From contig PFMK01000091.1 in the NCBI GenBank assembly GCA_002785215.1, positions 1 to 43,281 of the forward strand: 43,281 nucleotides of DNA. Reading direction: 5' to 3'. A program made the translations under genes and the position numbers. The notes beneath the pieces were generated by a model. The model worked only from the letters and a program-made list of their open reading frames with translations. It was not told the DNA's origin and searched no databases. The DNA is from Candidatus Gottesmanbacteria bacterium CG_4_10_14_0_8_um_filter_37_24. Lineage in GTDB: Bacteria; Patescibacteriota; Microgenomatia; 2-02-FULL-39-11. This document shows, piece by piece, positions 17,755-26,750 of the stretch (position 1 is its first letter; each line of letters begins with the position of its first letter).

Positions 17755-19302
17755 TTATTCAAAGACCTGCGCTTCGAAAGTATAAAGCTTAGTATCTTTG
17801 TCTTTGTAACAATCCGATGGCAATCCCGCCTTTTGGCTGCATAACTGACCTAAGAATTCTTCCAAAGACCAACCTGACTCTGCAGCAACTTGAGGCAGGA
17901 AAGTACCTGAACGGTTATCTTTCGCAAGCACCACCCCTTCCCTGCCCAGTTTGATCCTGGTCCAGTCCGAGATGCTTTTCTTAGGGGTTAAAACTGATAT
18001 CTCAATTTTTATGTCCTTAAGCTCGCTTTTCTCCACAGGTAAAAAACGTCTATCCTCGCTGGCTGCAGCAATTGTCATCTCCTGTATAACCTGGTATAGC
18101 GGTATATTTGGCTCAAATCTTCCAACGCAACCCCTAAGATTTCCATCTTTACGCAAAGTTACAAAAGCGCCTGACTTTGTAAACAATGCCCCGTTTATCG
18201 GCTTTATTTGGCTCTTCTTTTTATTTTGCACGAATTCATCTAAAGTATTTCGAGCAATTGAAAGCGCCTCTTTTTGGGCCGCATCATCCAGAAACCGGGT
18301 GCTGACAATTTCATCCTGGGTCCAAAATCCTATGGACGCGTAACCAACGACTCTTGTATTGTCTCCTGTGATGTCTCCGGAATTTTGATATTTTATTTTC
18401 CCAATATTGCGGATTTCCAATAAATTTGCCACTTTCAATCCTACTCTGACTGCCCGGAAACCACAGGCAGCGGTTTCTACATTCTGATAATTGCCGCTTT
18501 CAATCCCTGTTATCACTTCCATGAAATTCTTTTCATTGCCGCTCAAAATCGACTTAATGGTTTTTTGATCAACCACGTTTGCCGTTGTACTTGTAGGATA
18601 ATGAGAAAGATCGGTACTCACCACAAGCAGAGTGTCACTATCAATATTCTCAGAGATTTTTTGAGCCAGTCTGTCCAGCGTCTTTTCATCTGTCTCGCCT
18701 ACAAGTATCGGTACAATCTTAAAATCTTTCAAAACTTTTTGAAGAAAAATAAGTTCCACTTCCAGGGAATGTTCTCCCTCGTGAGAAGAGGAATCACTTA
18801 AAATGTTACTTTCTTTTTCAATAATATTGTCAGCTAATGCTTCATCCACTTCCACTTTACCAAGAGGTGTTTCCCATACGCCCTTAGGATAAACAGCTAT
18901 ATGTTCAATATATGATCTGTGGGGAGCACCGATTATTATCACTCTCTTATATGATTTATTTTCAATTTGCCGGAAACCCCAGGCTGCTACGCTTCCCGAA
19001 TAATCAATACCGGCATGCGGGACAATTAAAACTGTTAATCTGCCTTTTTCGTTAATAAGGCCAGTTTGACTTAGAAGTAAGGTCAATTGGTCATCCAGAA
19101 TTTTTTTGTCAGAGGGATAAAAACTGCCTGCTACAGCTGCCTGGCGCAATAATCTGCTTTCATTTCCAGTGATTTGCTTACTGTTCTCTACCTTGTTTCC
19201 TCCTGTTTTTATGATAATCATAACTGAAAATATTATTCCGGTTATTATGATAAACCACAGAACATAGTAACTTATGAACCTCATATCCTTATATACGATC
19301 AT
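17755..19302 (-). CDS. Memo-like (AmmeMemoRadiSam system protein B) fused to an AMMECR1 domain, with an N-terminal TM anchor
   Basis: LIVPHAGIDYSG and TDLSHYP are Memo-family motifs. The C-terminal GAFVTLRKDGNLRGCVGRFEP is the AMMECR1 signature. The N-terminal helix is YYVLWFIIITGIIFSVMIII. Confidence 0.8.
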   Translation of the reverse strand: MIVYKDMRFISYYVLWFIIITGIIFSVMIIIKTGGNKVENSKQITGNESRLLRQAAVAGSFYPSDKKILDDQLTLLLSQTGLINEKGRLTVLIVPHAGIDYSGSVAAWGFRQIENKSYKRVIIIGAPHRSYIEHIAVYPKGVWETPLGKVEVDEALADNIIEKESNILSDSSSHEGEHSLEVELIFLQKVLKDFKIVPILVGETDEKTLDRLAQKISENIDSDTLLVVSTDLSHYPTSTTANVVDQKTIKSILSGNEKNFMEVITGIESGNYQNVETAACGFRAVRVGLKVANLLEIRNIGKIKYQNSGDITGDNTRVVGYASIGFWTQDEIVSTRFLDDAAQKEALSIARNTLDEFVQNKKKSQIKPINGALFTKSGAFVTLRKDGNLRGCVGRFEPNIPLYQVIQEMTIAAASEDRRFLPVEKSELKDIKIEISVLTPKKSISDWTRIKLGREGVVLAKDNRSGTFLPQVAAESGWSLEEFLGQLCSQKAGLPSDCYKDKDTKLYTFEAQVFE

Positions 19303-19434
19303 TTTAACACTGTCAAAGCATATCCGCCCTCAGCTCTGCTAAAAAGATATTGAATTAGTAATTGTAATCAGGACCTATATTATACTAGAATCAAATAAGA
19401 ACACTTTCAGAAAATAAAGGAGAGGAGGTGAAAT

Positions 19435-19713
19435 ATGCAATCGGATCTTCCTAAAGGACCATTCTGTCAAAGTTGCGGTATGCCTATGGAAAAAGCGGAT
19501 GACTTCGGTACGCTTGTTAACGGAACCAGAATAAACGATTATTGCCATTTTTGTTTCACCAACGGCCTGTTTATCGAACCGGAGATCACCTTAGCACAGA
19601 TGATCAGTAAAGTATCAGGTATCATGTCAATACACATGAATATACCTGAAGAAGATGCAAGACTACAAGCTGAGTCTCTAATACCCACTCTTAAAAGGTG
19701 GAAAACCGAATAA
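19435..19713 (+). CDS. Small zinc-ribbon domain protein
   Basis: CQSCGMPM...DYCHFCF Cys pairs. A strong SD, AAGGAGAGGAGGTGA, lies upstream. Confidence 0.7.
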   Translation: MQSDLPKGPFCQSCGMPMEKADDFGTLVNGTRINDYCHFCFTNGLFIEPEITLAQMISKVSGIMSIHMNIPEEDARLQAESLIPTLKRWKTE

Positions 19714-19872
19714 ATAGTATCATAGAAAAATTCAAAACACCTTTTACTCCTTATTCTCTAGTCTGACTATCTTATTTTCGTAATAAAAAAGTACCTCCTG
19801 GATATGTTTTTAAGTCCAAAACTAAAATATAACGAGTATGATAATATTTACATAACTAATATTTCAGCATTT

Positions 19873-20847
19873 ATGAAAAGAGAAAAATGGATTGACGTGC
19901 TTCGCGGAATTGCGATAATTGCAGTTATCACGGACCATCTGTTTGTCTTTTTCCCGAAAATCAGAATTACCGAAGTCGGCTGGCATACATTTTTCTCCGT
20001 CAATTGGTTCATTTTCCTGTCGGCTGTTACCAATACTCTGTCATATCAAAAAAAGAAAATGTCTTTTCCTGGTTCATATCTTCCTTATCTAAAAAAACGT
20101 GCCGTTATTTTGCTTCCTTATATTTTTGCCACCGTTATCTATTATCTTTTTTATTCCTATCAGCATCTCAATCTTCCCACTCTGGCGGAACAAATCTTTT
20201 ATTTCACCGGCAGCGTACATTTTTATTTTATCCTGGTAATTATTGAACTTTACCTTGTCTTCCCTCTTCTTTATATGATTTTTACCAAAGTAAGTAAAAT
20301 CTGGTGGCATCTGGCTGCCATTTTTATCATTGCATTTTCCACAATGAAGCTGTTTCCCTTAAACCAACCTCCCTGGATGTATCATCCCTATACCACTTTT
20401 ATTGCCTCGTCGTATCTTCTGACTTTTTCTCTTGGTATTTTGTATATGATTTACGAAAAACATTTCGGCAAATTACTTTTTATTTTCTCCATCGTCGTTT
20501 TTTCCATCATGGAAGTATTCCTCTTTTATTCGAAAGGGATATTTATTATCTCCATACCTAACCTGAAACTTATAGCGTGGTCTGTCTCTGGGATTATTAT
20601 CTCTAAAACTATCATCTCATATCCGGCAATAGGCAGATTTCTTCCCAGGAAAACACTTGCTTTTTTAGGGAAACACTCCATGTTTATTTACCTTTTCCAT
20701 TTCCTGATTCTTGAACTGATGTCAAAAATAAATATTTTCTTCATCGCAATTTTGGCATTTGTAATTTCAATACTGGGGTCTTTGATGATTGAGTATTTAT
20801 ATAATCGTCTACAAACCGGCGTAAATATCATTTTGAAGAGAGAATAG
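19873..20847 (+). CDS. Acyltransferase family 3 integral membrane protein
   Basis: KWIDVLRGIAIIAVITDHLF is the typical N-terminus of acyltransferase_3, and the protein has about 10 TM helices. The ORF track starts at 19804. I prefer M24 (19873) because family members usually begin just before this motif. Confidence 0.75.
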   Translation: MKREKWIDVLRGIAIIAVITDHLFVFFPKIRITEVGWHTFFSVNWFIFLSAVTNTLSYQKKKMSFPGSYLPYLKKRAVILLPYIFATVIYYLFYSYQHLNLPTLAEQIFYFTGSVHFYFILVIIELYLVFPLLYMIFTKVSKIWWHLAAIFIIAFSTMKLFPLNQPPWMYHPYTTFIASSYLLTFSLGILYMIYEKHFGKLLFIFSIVVFSIMEVFLFYSKGIFIISIPNLKLIAWSVSGIIISKTIISYPAIGRFLPRKTLAFLGKHSMFIYLFHFLILELMSKINIFFIAILAFVISILGSLMIEYLYNRLQTGVNIILKRE

Positions 20848-20861
20848 TCCGTATACAAAAA

Positions 20862-21692
20862 TTAGTCTTTATGCTCGTGATCTGTGACGTGAATATGCAA
20901 ATGCTTGTGTGTCTCCTTCTTATGTTTGTGTCTGTGATCGTGTACCAAATTATGCTTCGACAAAAAGGGTATATCTTCTAAAATATTCATAGGCTTGCCC
21001 AGTCTGACCATTTTGTGCTCCTCAGATAAAACCAGGACTCTATCTGCCATATCTTCCACAATCGACAGGTCATGGGTGGCAATAACAACTGTATTTCCCC
21101 TATCTGACAGTGTGTCTAAAAAATCAAGAAACCTGCTTTGGCTTCTGGGATCGAGACTGGCGGTCGGCTCATCAAATAACCATACTTCCGGATTGAAGGC
21201 TAATACCGTAGCAAGCGCTACTCTTTTTTTCTCACCTCCAGACAAAAGGTATGGCGGACGGTTTTTCAGGTGTTCAATATCCAGTAATTTTAATGCTGTT
21301 TTTGCGCGTCTCAGCACTTCACTATTACTGAAACCCAGATGAAGCGGGGCAAAAATCACTTCATCCCAAACTGTCGGGGAAAAAAGCTGGACATCAGGGT
21401 CTTGGAAAACAAAACCAACTTTTTTCCTGAAATCATAAAAATTTTCCTCATTTTGGAAAAAATCAGCATCGATTTTAACACCAAAAGCTTTGATACTGCC
21501 TTTACTCGGAAAATATAATCCGTCCAACATCTTAAGGAGAGTACTTTTACCTGATCCGTTGGCACCCAATATGATCAACCTTTCTCCTTTGGAAATCTTC
21601 AGGGAAATATCTTCCAAAGCCTGTTGATTCCGGTAATAGTAGCTTACCTTCTCCAGTTCAAATACCGGACTATCGGAATTTTGTTTCTTCAT
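20862..21692 (-). CDS. cbiO: ECF/cobalt-type ABC ATPase (CbiO/EcfA-like) with a His-rich C-terminal tail
   Basis: Walker A GANGSGKST, signature LSGGEKKR and Walker B WLFDEPT. The tail is HDHRHKHKKETHKHLHIHVTDHEHKD. Confidence 0.85.
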   Translation of the reverse strand: MKKQNSDSPVFELEKVSYYYRNQQALEDISLKISKGERLIILGANGSGKSTLLKMLDGLYFPSKGSIKAFGVKIDADFFQNEENFYDFRKKVGFVFQDPDVQLFSPTVWDEVIFAPLHLGFSNSEVLRRAKTALKLLDIEHLKNRPPYLLSGGEKKRVALATVLAFNPEVWLFDEPTASLDPRSQSRFLDFLDTLSDRGNTVVIATHDLSIVEDMADRVLVLSEEHKMVRLGKPMNILEDIPFLSKHNLVHDHRHKHKKETHKHLHIHVTDHEHKD

Positions 21693-21694
21693 GG

Positions 21695-22528
21695 TTATTT
21701 GACAAACAAAATGATATTAACACAGAGAATCAGGCATCCTGAAAAGAATAACAGGTCATGACTGTCAAGCTTGAAACTGTCCAATGTTACAATTTTATTC
21801 CTGTATCCTCTGGACTGCATGGACAGATATATTTCCTCGCTTTGGACAAATGATCTGGCAAACAAAGTGCCTATAAGCGATGCCAGCCATTTTCTGTTTT
21901 CCCGCCCTGAAACCCTACCCGCCAACCGGCTTTTCCGGGAAAGAAACATATTGTTTACCGTCTGTAACAAAACGAAAATATAACGGTATGTCATTCCAAG
22001 AATAACAACAAACACCTGTGGAACAAACAGGACCTGCAGTGATTTCAACAGATCATACCAGGGTGTACTAAGAACTGCCAACACTACTAATGATACTGAT
22101 ACGGCAACGCGAAAAATAATATTGAAAGCGGTCAATAGACCCGGTACGGTTATTGATAAATTAATATGCAATGCCGGAAGGTTTACTAGTTCCAAAAGAG
22201 TAGTTCCGGGCGTCACAATATTAAAAATCAGAGGAAAAACAATAATTCCGGTAAAAAAGGGAAGAAAAAGCCAAACTCTTTTAAGAAAAAACTTCATAGG
22301 TATAGAAGAAACAATTGCCAGAAAAAGTATAAATACATATATGAGGACCAGTGAAAGAAATTTGTGTACAAGGTTTACCGTAAGAAGCAGAATGATAAGA
22401 CTGATTACTTTTACTCTGGGGTCAAGACTTTGCAGGTAGCCTTTTTTTTGGGAAACCTCCTGGGTGAAAATTACTTGAAGGAGTAAACTGCCTATACCTG
22501 CAACCGTTTTTTCAAAGAATTTACCCAT
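21695..22528 (-). CDS. cbiQ: ECF transporter transmembrane T component (CbiQ family)
   Basis: 277-aa polytopic protein between the CbiM and CbiO genes. It carries the conserved Arg-rich loop region SRKSRLAGR...ARS typical of CbiQ/EcfT. Confidence 0.8.
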   Translation of the reverse strand: MGKFFEKTVAGIGSLLLQVIFTQEVSQKKGYLQSLDPRVKVISLIILLLTVNLVHKFLSLVLIYVFILFLAIVSSIPMKFFLKRVWLFLPFFTGIIVFPLIFNIVTPGTTLLELVNLPALHINLSITVPGLLTAFNIIFRVAVSVSLVVLAVLSTPWYDLLKSLQVLFVPQVFVVILGMTYRYIFVLLQTVNNMFLSRKSRLAGRVSGRENRKWLASLIGTLFARSFVQSEEIYLSMQSRGYRNKIVTLDSFKLDSHDLLFFSGCLILCVNIILFVK

Positions 22529-22573
22529 ATGAATTTCCCCATTACCTTTCTGAAAGAAGTGGTAGACTTTAGC

Positions 22574-23590
22574 TTATTCGTGATTAGACTTTTTCTTTCC
22601 ACCCAGTTTGTTTATAACGGACAATAAAAAGAATATAAATAATCCTGTCAATAATACCCCTAAACAGGCTGAGAATATATAAAGTAGAGTCGGATTTAAG
22701 ATCCCGGGAATGTCATAGTCCGGGATAGGCGCTCTCCAAAAAGATGACCACTTGTCAAATCCCGCCGGAATATATGACAGTCCCAACAAAGCAAGTTCTT
22801 CCCTGCCCCATTCACCCCAGGCAGTTCCCGGCGCCAGAAGACCTAAGGGAGTAAGAAGAATAAGAAAAATAAGGCCTAAAAAACTGAATTTGAATAGTTT
22901 TTTACTTGTCAATGATTTACCTTCGGAAAAAATAAGATCAGGCTGAACCCTCAAAATCCAGGCAAATACCAACCCTGTGACTATACCTTCCGCAAGTCCG
23001 GCAATGGTCAGATGTCCGATCATCATGACAGGAACTGAAACATACAGGTTATAGGGGAAATACAATGCCTGGCCCAGGGAATTTTTATAAAGCATCGGTT
23101 GTATCCCCAACTCTACGGCGGTAAGCAGTGCGGCGATATTTACGGAAATATACCCGGAGATTGATGCGATGACTATTTTTTTCCTGGCAGAATCTTTGCT
23201 TCTAACCAAAAGTCTGTACAAAAAATAACCTGTTAAGGACATCACTATCCCCATATTGAAAATATTTGCGCCCAAAGACAGTATGCCTCCGTCTCCGAAA
23301 AACAGAGCCTGAATAACCAAAGCGACAGTTGCAGACAGTATAGAAGCCCATGGACCAAGAACGATTGCTGATATGGCTATCCCTGTGGCATGACCTGTGG
23401 TTCCGCCGGGAAGCGGGATATTGAACATCATAATAACAAAGGACAAAGCGGAAAAAACTGAAATTAGGGGAATCATCCTACTGTTTAATACCTTTTTGAC
23501 ATTTCGTGAGGCTCGGACTAGAAACGGCAGACTCGCCGCATACATCGCGCCAGAGGTGTAGGGACTCAGATAACCGTCAGGTATATGCAT
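22574..23590 (-). CDS. cbiM: CbiM/NikM substrate-capture component fused to a PDGLE (CbiN/NikN-like) domain
   Basis: MHIPDGYLSP is the invariant metal-binding N-terminus of CbiM/NikM. The C-terminal LLAPGTAWGEWG...IPAG region matches the PDGLE domain pattern. Confidence 0.85.
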   Translation of the reverse strand: MHIPDGYLSPYTSGAMYAASLPFLVRASRNVKKVLNSRMIPLISVFSALSFVIMMFNIPLPGGTTGHATGIAISAIVLGPWASILSATVALVIQALFFGDGGILSLGANIFNMGIVMSLTGYFLYRLLVRSKDSARKKIVIASISGYISVNIAALLTAVELGIQPMLYKNSLGQALYFPYNLYVSVPVMMIGHLTIAGLAEGIVTGLVFAWILRVQPDLIFSEGKSLTSKKLFKFSFLGLIFLILLTPLGLLAPGTAWGEWGREELALLGLSYIPAGFDKWSSFWRAPIPDYDIPGILNPTLLYIFSACLGVLLTGLFIFFLLSVINKLGGKKKSNHE

Positions 23591-23614
23591 TACTTTCTTT
23601 TATCAATTCCCATA

Positions 23615-24403
23615 TTAAGTATTTACCTCCAAAATACCGCATTTTATCTCAATATCGTTCTTATCCGTAATTGTAGGAATTGCCCTGGAACCTTCTTTGC
23701 CAATCCCGCTAAGGACTGCCGTTTCCAGGCAAACCAGTGGGCCTTTCTGGTAACCTGTCGAGCTGCCAATTGTTCCTGCGCCAATGTTGTAAACATCTAT
23801 CTTGAATCCGTTTTCTTCAAAATAGCTTCCTATCAGCTTTTTTTTATCGCCTGATACTTCACTGGCTGTATAACCCTGTCCTACTACTTCAAGGTCATTT
23901 GTGTTTATCTCCTTATCTGTCTTTGTCCCCTCTATCATCCATTTGAAACTGACTTTTTGTACGTCAGAAAAGGCAATCCCGGACTTTATCTTCAGCCCGT
24001 CTAATATTCCCAAAAGCGGAGCACTTGCTGTCGCTTCCTTTTTCTCTCCTTCCTCGGCGATTGCTCCTGTGCACCTCCAATTTACTTCAGCTGACCTGTC
24101 ATCCTCTTTTATTACACAGGCCGGACTGCAACCTGCTTTCCCGGCGTCAAGATCAATCCACCAAGTACGCGTGAAATCGTTATACTGATAATTTTCTGTC
24201 AGATTGCCTGTTTCAATACAGCTGCTTTTTAAAGCAATATTTCTGACCTCCTGGTAAGATAATTTTCCCTGTTTTGCCAATTCCCCCCCTGTCTCTTTCG
24301 ACTCTCCAAAAGAATTCAAGGAGAGATTATTGGATGAAAGGTAAAAAACCCCTGCGCCAGAGATAATAATGAGTAGTATTATTATAAGAACTATTTTTTT
24401 CAT
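23615..24403 (-). CDS. Membrane-anchored/secreted hypothetical protein upstream of cbiM
   Basis: 262-aa ORF with N-terminal anchor KIVLIIILLIIISGAGVFYL, 24 nt upstream of cbiM. I recognised no motif. Confidence 0.55.
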   Translation of the reverse strand: MKKIVLIIILLIIISGAGVFYLSSNNLSLNSFGESKETGGELAKQGKLSYQEVRNIALKSSCIETGNLTENYQYNDFTRTWWIDLDAGKAGCSPACVIKEDDRSAEVNWRCTGAIAEEGEKKEATASAPLLGILDGLKIKSGIAFSDVQKVSFKWMIEGTKTDKEINTNDLEVVGQGYTASEVSGDKKKLIGSYFEENGFKIDVYNIGAGTIGSSTGYQKGPLVCLETAVLSGIGKEGSRAIPTITDKNDIEIKCGILEVNT

Positions 24404-24432
24404 GACTTTTTGTTTTTTGAATTATGATAGAT

Positions 24433-25233
24433 TCACTTGATAGTAAATTCTTTCAGCAGCTTTTTTTCCGTCTCCCCCTGTACGTAAGCTTTCACCTCAA
24501 TATATTTTTCAATCCCCGAGCCTATCAGTTTCCTTTTCAAAAGTTCATCAACCTGGAAAAGTCCTGCGGAATTATTCATGTGAATGCTGATTTCAACCGG
24601 TTTGGTTTTTCCCATCGCAATCTCCACATTTTCAATGGCCATGGCAGATACTGAATGAATGTCCACCTTACCGGCCTCATAAGGAATCCTGGACCGACCT
24701 TGATTCATGTCCAATGCATCAGCTACTCTGACAATGCCTGCTTCAATAGTGAACGGCTGGCCGTCTGACCGGTGACTGATTATGGCATGCAGACTTTCGG
24801 AAATAACAATTGTTTTTTGGACAACGGGAAGAAAATCGATAATCTCATGAAGAAGGTTGTTTGCCAAAAAGAGACTGAACTCTTCATGCTCATCCCTCTG
24901 GATACTCATCCCCAGATCATGGAAAAGACTGGCCAGAAGGACCACCAGTTCTGCATGTTTCCCTGACAATCCAAAGTCTTTTGTAATGGACATCTTAATT
25001 CCGCTTTTGACAAGAAGCCTGACAAGTCTCACAGCAATGTTTGAAACTATCTGGAAATGTACCGGCCCGTGGTCTGTCATCCCCAGCCTGTCTATGGCAT
25101 TCACATTTACTACCTGCCAGAGGGTAGTTACTTCCTCGTTTCGATTAACCTTTTCCAAAGCCTTATCCAATAGCTCATTTCCCTCTGTAGGCAAATGGAT
25201 TTTTATATTCGTGTGAGTTTTTGTCTGGTCCAT
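24433..25233 (-). CDS. HD-domain phosphohydrolase
   Basis: H...HD pattern: TDHGPVHFQIV and LASLFHDLGM. Confidence 0.7.
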   Translation of the reverse strand: MDQTKTHTNIKIHLPTEGNELLDKALEKVNRNEEVTTLWQVVNVNAIDRLGMTDHGPVHFQIVSNIAVRLVRLLVKSGIKMSITKDFGLSGKHAELVVLLASLFHDLGMSIQRDEHEEFSLFLANNLLHEIIDFLPVVQKTIVISESLHAIISHRSDGQPFTIEAGIVRVADALDMNQGRSRIPYEAGKVDIHSVSAMAIENVEIAMGKTKPVEISIHMNNSAGLFQVDELLKRKLIGSGIEKYIEVKAYVQGETEKKLLKEFTIK

Positions 25234-25320
25234 AGAAATTATATTTTTCAGTATACCATAGGATATATTTCCCTATTTATTTAATTGATAATTGTTAGTT
25301 GCTAGTTGATAATTAGGAAA

Positions 25321-25669
25321 ATGCGCTACAAAGTATCAATCCAAGAGCGAACTTTCCAGTTTGGCATACGCATTATCAAGATGATTAAATCTCTCCCCAA
25401 AAATCCTGCCGGATATGCGATTGGCAATCAAATCGTAAGAAGCGGGACTTCGATCGGAGCAAATATTTGTGAAGCGCAAGATGCTGTATCCAAGGCTGAT
25501 TTCATCCATGAATGTTTCTTTAAAAGAAGCAAGGGAAACTGAATATTGGATAAAAACGATTGTAGCCTCAGAAATTCTTCCGAAACAAAAAATGGCGTTG
25601 CTACTTGCAGAAATAGAAGAAATTGTTAAAATACTAAGAGCTAGTTTGAAAAAGTTGAAGAGTAATTAA
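25321..25669 (+). pseudogene. Four-helix-bundle protein (23S rRNA intervening-sequence protein family), frameshifted
   Basis: IVRSGTSIGANICEAQDAVSKADFIH (frame of 25306-25542) continues as NVSLKEARETEYWIKT (frame of 25469-25669). Together they form the family signature, so a 1-nt shift near 25505-25515 is required. Confidence 0.75.
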
Positions 25670-25701
25670 ATTATCAATTAATAATTAACAATTGAATATT
25701 T

Positions 25702-25993
25702 TCCCCTGTAGCTCAATGGTAGAGCGGCTTCCTGTCAGATTAAGGCAGCTTTACGCAGAAATGCGTAATGAAAAATCGGGCTAATTCGGGGAACTCCCGT
25801 CCCGCACCGTATGGTACAGGACAGGACAATCCCGAGCTAAACGATGTACCGTCTGGTACGTCGAAATGTGTAGAGACTATATACCCGATCCCTCGTAGCT
25901 TTATGCGAAGTGGGAATAAGATAGTCCAAACCTTTTGGCAACAGAAGGGTATTTGTAAGAAGAAGGTTCGTGGTTCGAGTCCACGCGGGGGAG
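25702..25993 (+). tRNA. tRNA-Asn(GUU) interrupted by a group I intron in the anticodon loop
   Basis: The spliced sequence is UCCCCUG-UA-GCUC-AAUGGUA-GAGC-G-GCUUC-CUGU/UAA-GAAGA-AGGUU-CGUGG-UUCGAGU-CCACG-CGGGGGA-G. This closely parallels E. coli tRNA-Asn: U1-A72, G73 discriminator and CUGUUAA loop. Confidence 0.85.
25736..25955 (+). ncRNA. Group I intron (IC3-like, Azoarcus/cyanobacterial tRNA-intron type), 220 nt, no ORF
   Basis: The 5' exon ends in U (CUGU), pairing with the internal guide GCAG (U-G wobble). P2 is UUACGCA-GAAA-UGCGUAA. P3 is AUCGGG/CCCGAU. P4 is UUCGGGG/UCCCGAG, and the UAUGG receptor is present. P6 is CGAUGUACC-GUCU-GGUACGUCG. GUGUAGAGACUAUA matches Azoarcus GUGUAGAGACUAGA. 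P7 is GACUAU/AUAGUC. The terminal G is at 25955. Confidence 0.85.
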
Positions 25994-26120
25994 CAAGATT
26001 GTTCTTACTCGAACTTAGCCTCGTTTTTAATGAATGAGCAGTTCGTTGTAAGTCTTCATAATAAACTTTCTTCATTAATTTAAGTCCTCAGTTTGTGTAA
26101 TGATTACATATTTACCCTAT

Positions 26121-26218
26121 CTTGTGACTCCCGGGGGGGTGGGTGGCGTGGTTAAAAGAACCGTTTACCTCCCCTAATGGAACCAGCGCGACTAGTAAAG
26201 TACTAATTATGTCCAGAC
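26121..26218 (+). repeat. Non-coding element A (related to element B), containing a G7-T-G3-T-G2 run
   Basis: It shares cttgtgactcc ... gcg..agtaaagta.ta....tgtc.aga with 27141-27195. A carries an extra GC-rich insert of about 45 nt (26132-26185). Confidence 0.4.
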
Positions 26219-26315
26219 CTGTTTATTTAAATATAATCAATATTTTTAAAATTGACAGACTTATAGATATGGGAGTATTATTCAGGTAATTATTGATATT
26301 TATATTAAAATAAAT

Positions 26316-26750
26316 ATGAAGCACATTTTTGCAGTAATCGGATCAGTTCTTATTTTATCCCTTTCAACTACCACGGTATCAGCCGCAAATAATTCTACTT
26401 TTATCCCTCAAAATATATTTGATTCTCTTTTTAAAAATATAAAACAAGGTTCAACAGGAGCAACAGGAAAACAAGGACCAGTTGGAGCAACAGGACCGAA
26501 AGGAGTAACGGGTCCTATAGGACCAATAGGACAAACAGGACTACAAGGACCTACAGGATTGGGTGGACCAACAGGATCAACTGGATCCACTGGGGGGTAT
26601 GGCTGGATCAACAGGTCCAACAGGTCCAAGTGGTCTAGAAGGTCCGACAGGAGCTACTGGGATACAAGGGGCAACTGGTTTAATTGGTCCTGTAGGCTCA
26701 ACAGGTGTACCAGGTTTACTCCCAACAGTAGCAGAGTTCGATTTGATTGA
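26316..26750 (+). CDS. Collagen-like (Gly-X-Y repeat) secreted protein, N-terminal fragment before a frameshift
   Basis: Signal peptide [23 protein letters not shown], then [50 protein letters not shown]. The G-X-Y register is lost directly after the G6 run at 26592-26597. Confidence 0.75.
   Translation: MKHIFAVIGSVLILSLSTTTVSAANNSTFIPQNIFDSLFKNIKQGSTGATGKQGPVGATGPKGVTGPIGPIGQTGLQGPTGLGGPTGSTGSTGGYGWINRSNRSKWSRRSDRSYWDTRGNWFNWSCRLNRCTRFTPNSSRVRFD

Noticed and set aside
25281-25681. 13-nt inverted repeat (ttaattgataatt / aattatcaattaa) flanking the four-helix-bundle pseudogene, considered as mobile-element termini
   Set aside because: The sequence is pure AT-rich low complexity, with no target-site duplication or transposase. 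The support is insufficient.
25726-25740. Reading the contiguous sequence CUGUCAG as a tRNA-Asp (GUC) anticodon loop
   Set aside because: No complementary 3' anticodon-stem strand follows. The group I P1 pairing requires the exon to end at U of CUGU. After splicing, the molecule matches tRNA-Asn (CUGUUAA loop, U1-A72, G73).
25740-26075. ORFs 25740-26075 (-) and 25768-26037 (+), considered as intron-encoded proteins
   Set aside because: Both lie across the highly structured group I intron core and the tRNA 3' exon. They show no LAGLIDADG, GIY-YIG or HNH motifs, so I treat them as chance ORFs.
26408-26629. 73-aa Pro-rich ORF on the minus strand
   Set aside because: It is the antisense reading of the GGN-rich collagen repeat (Gly codons read as Pro) and is not independent.
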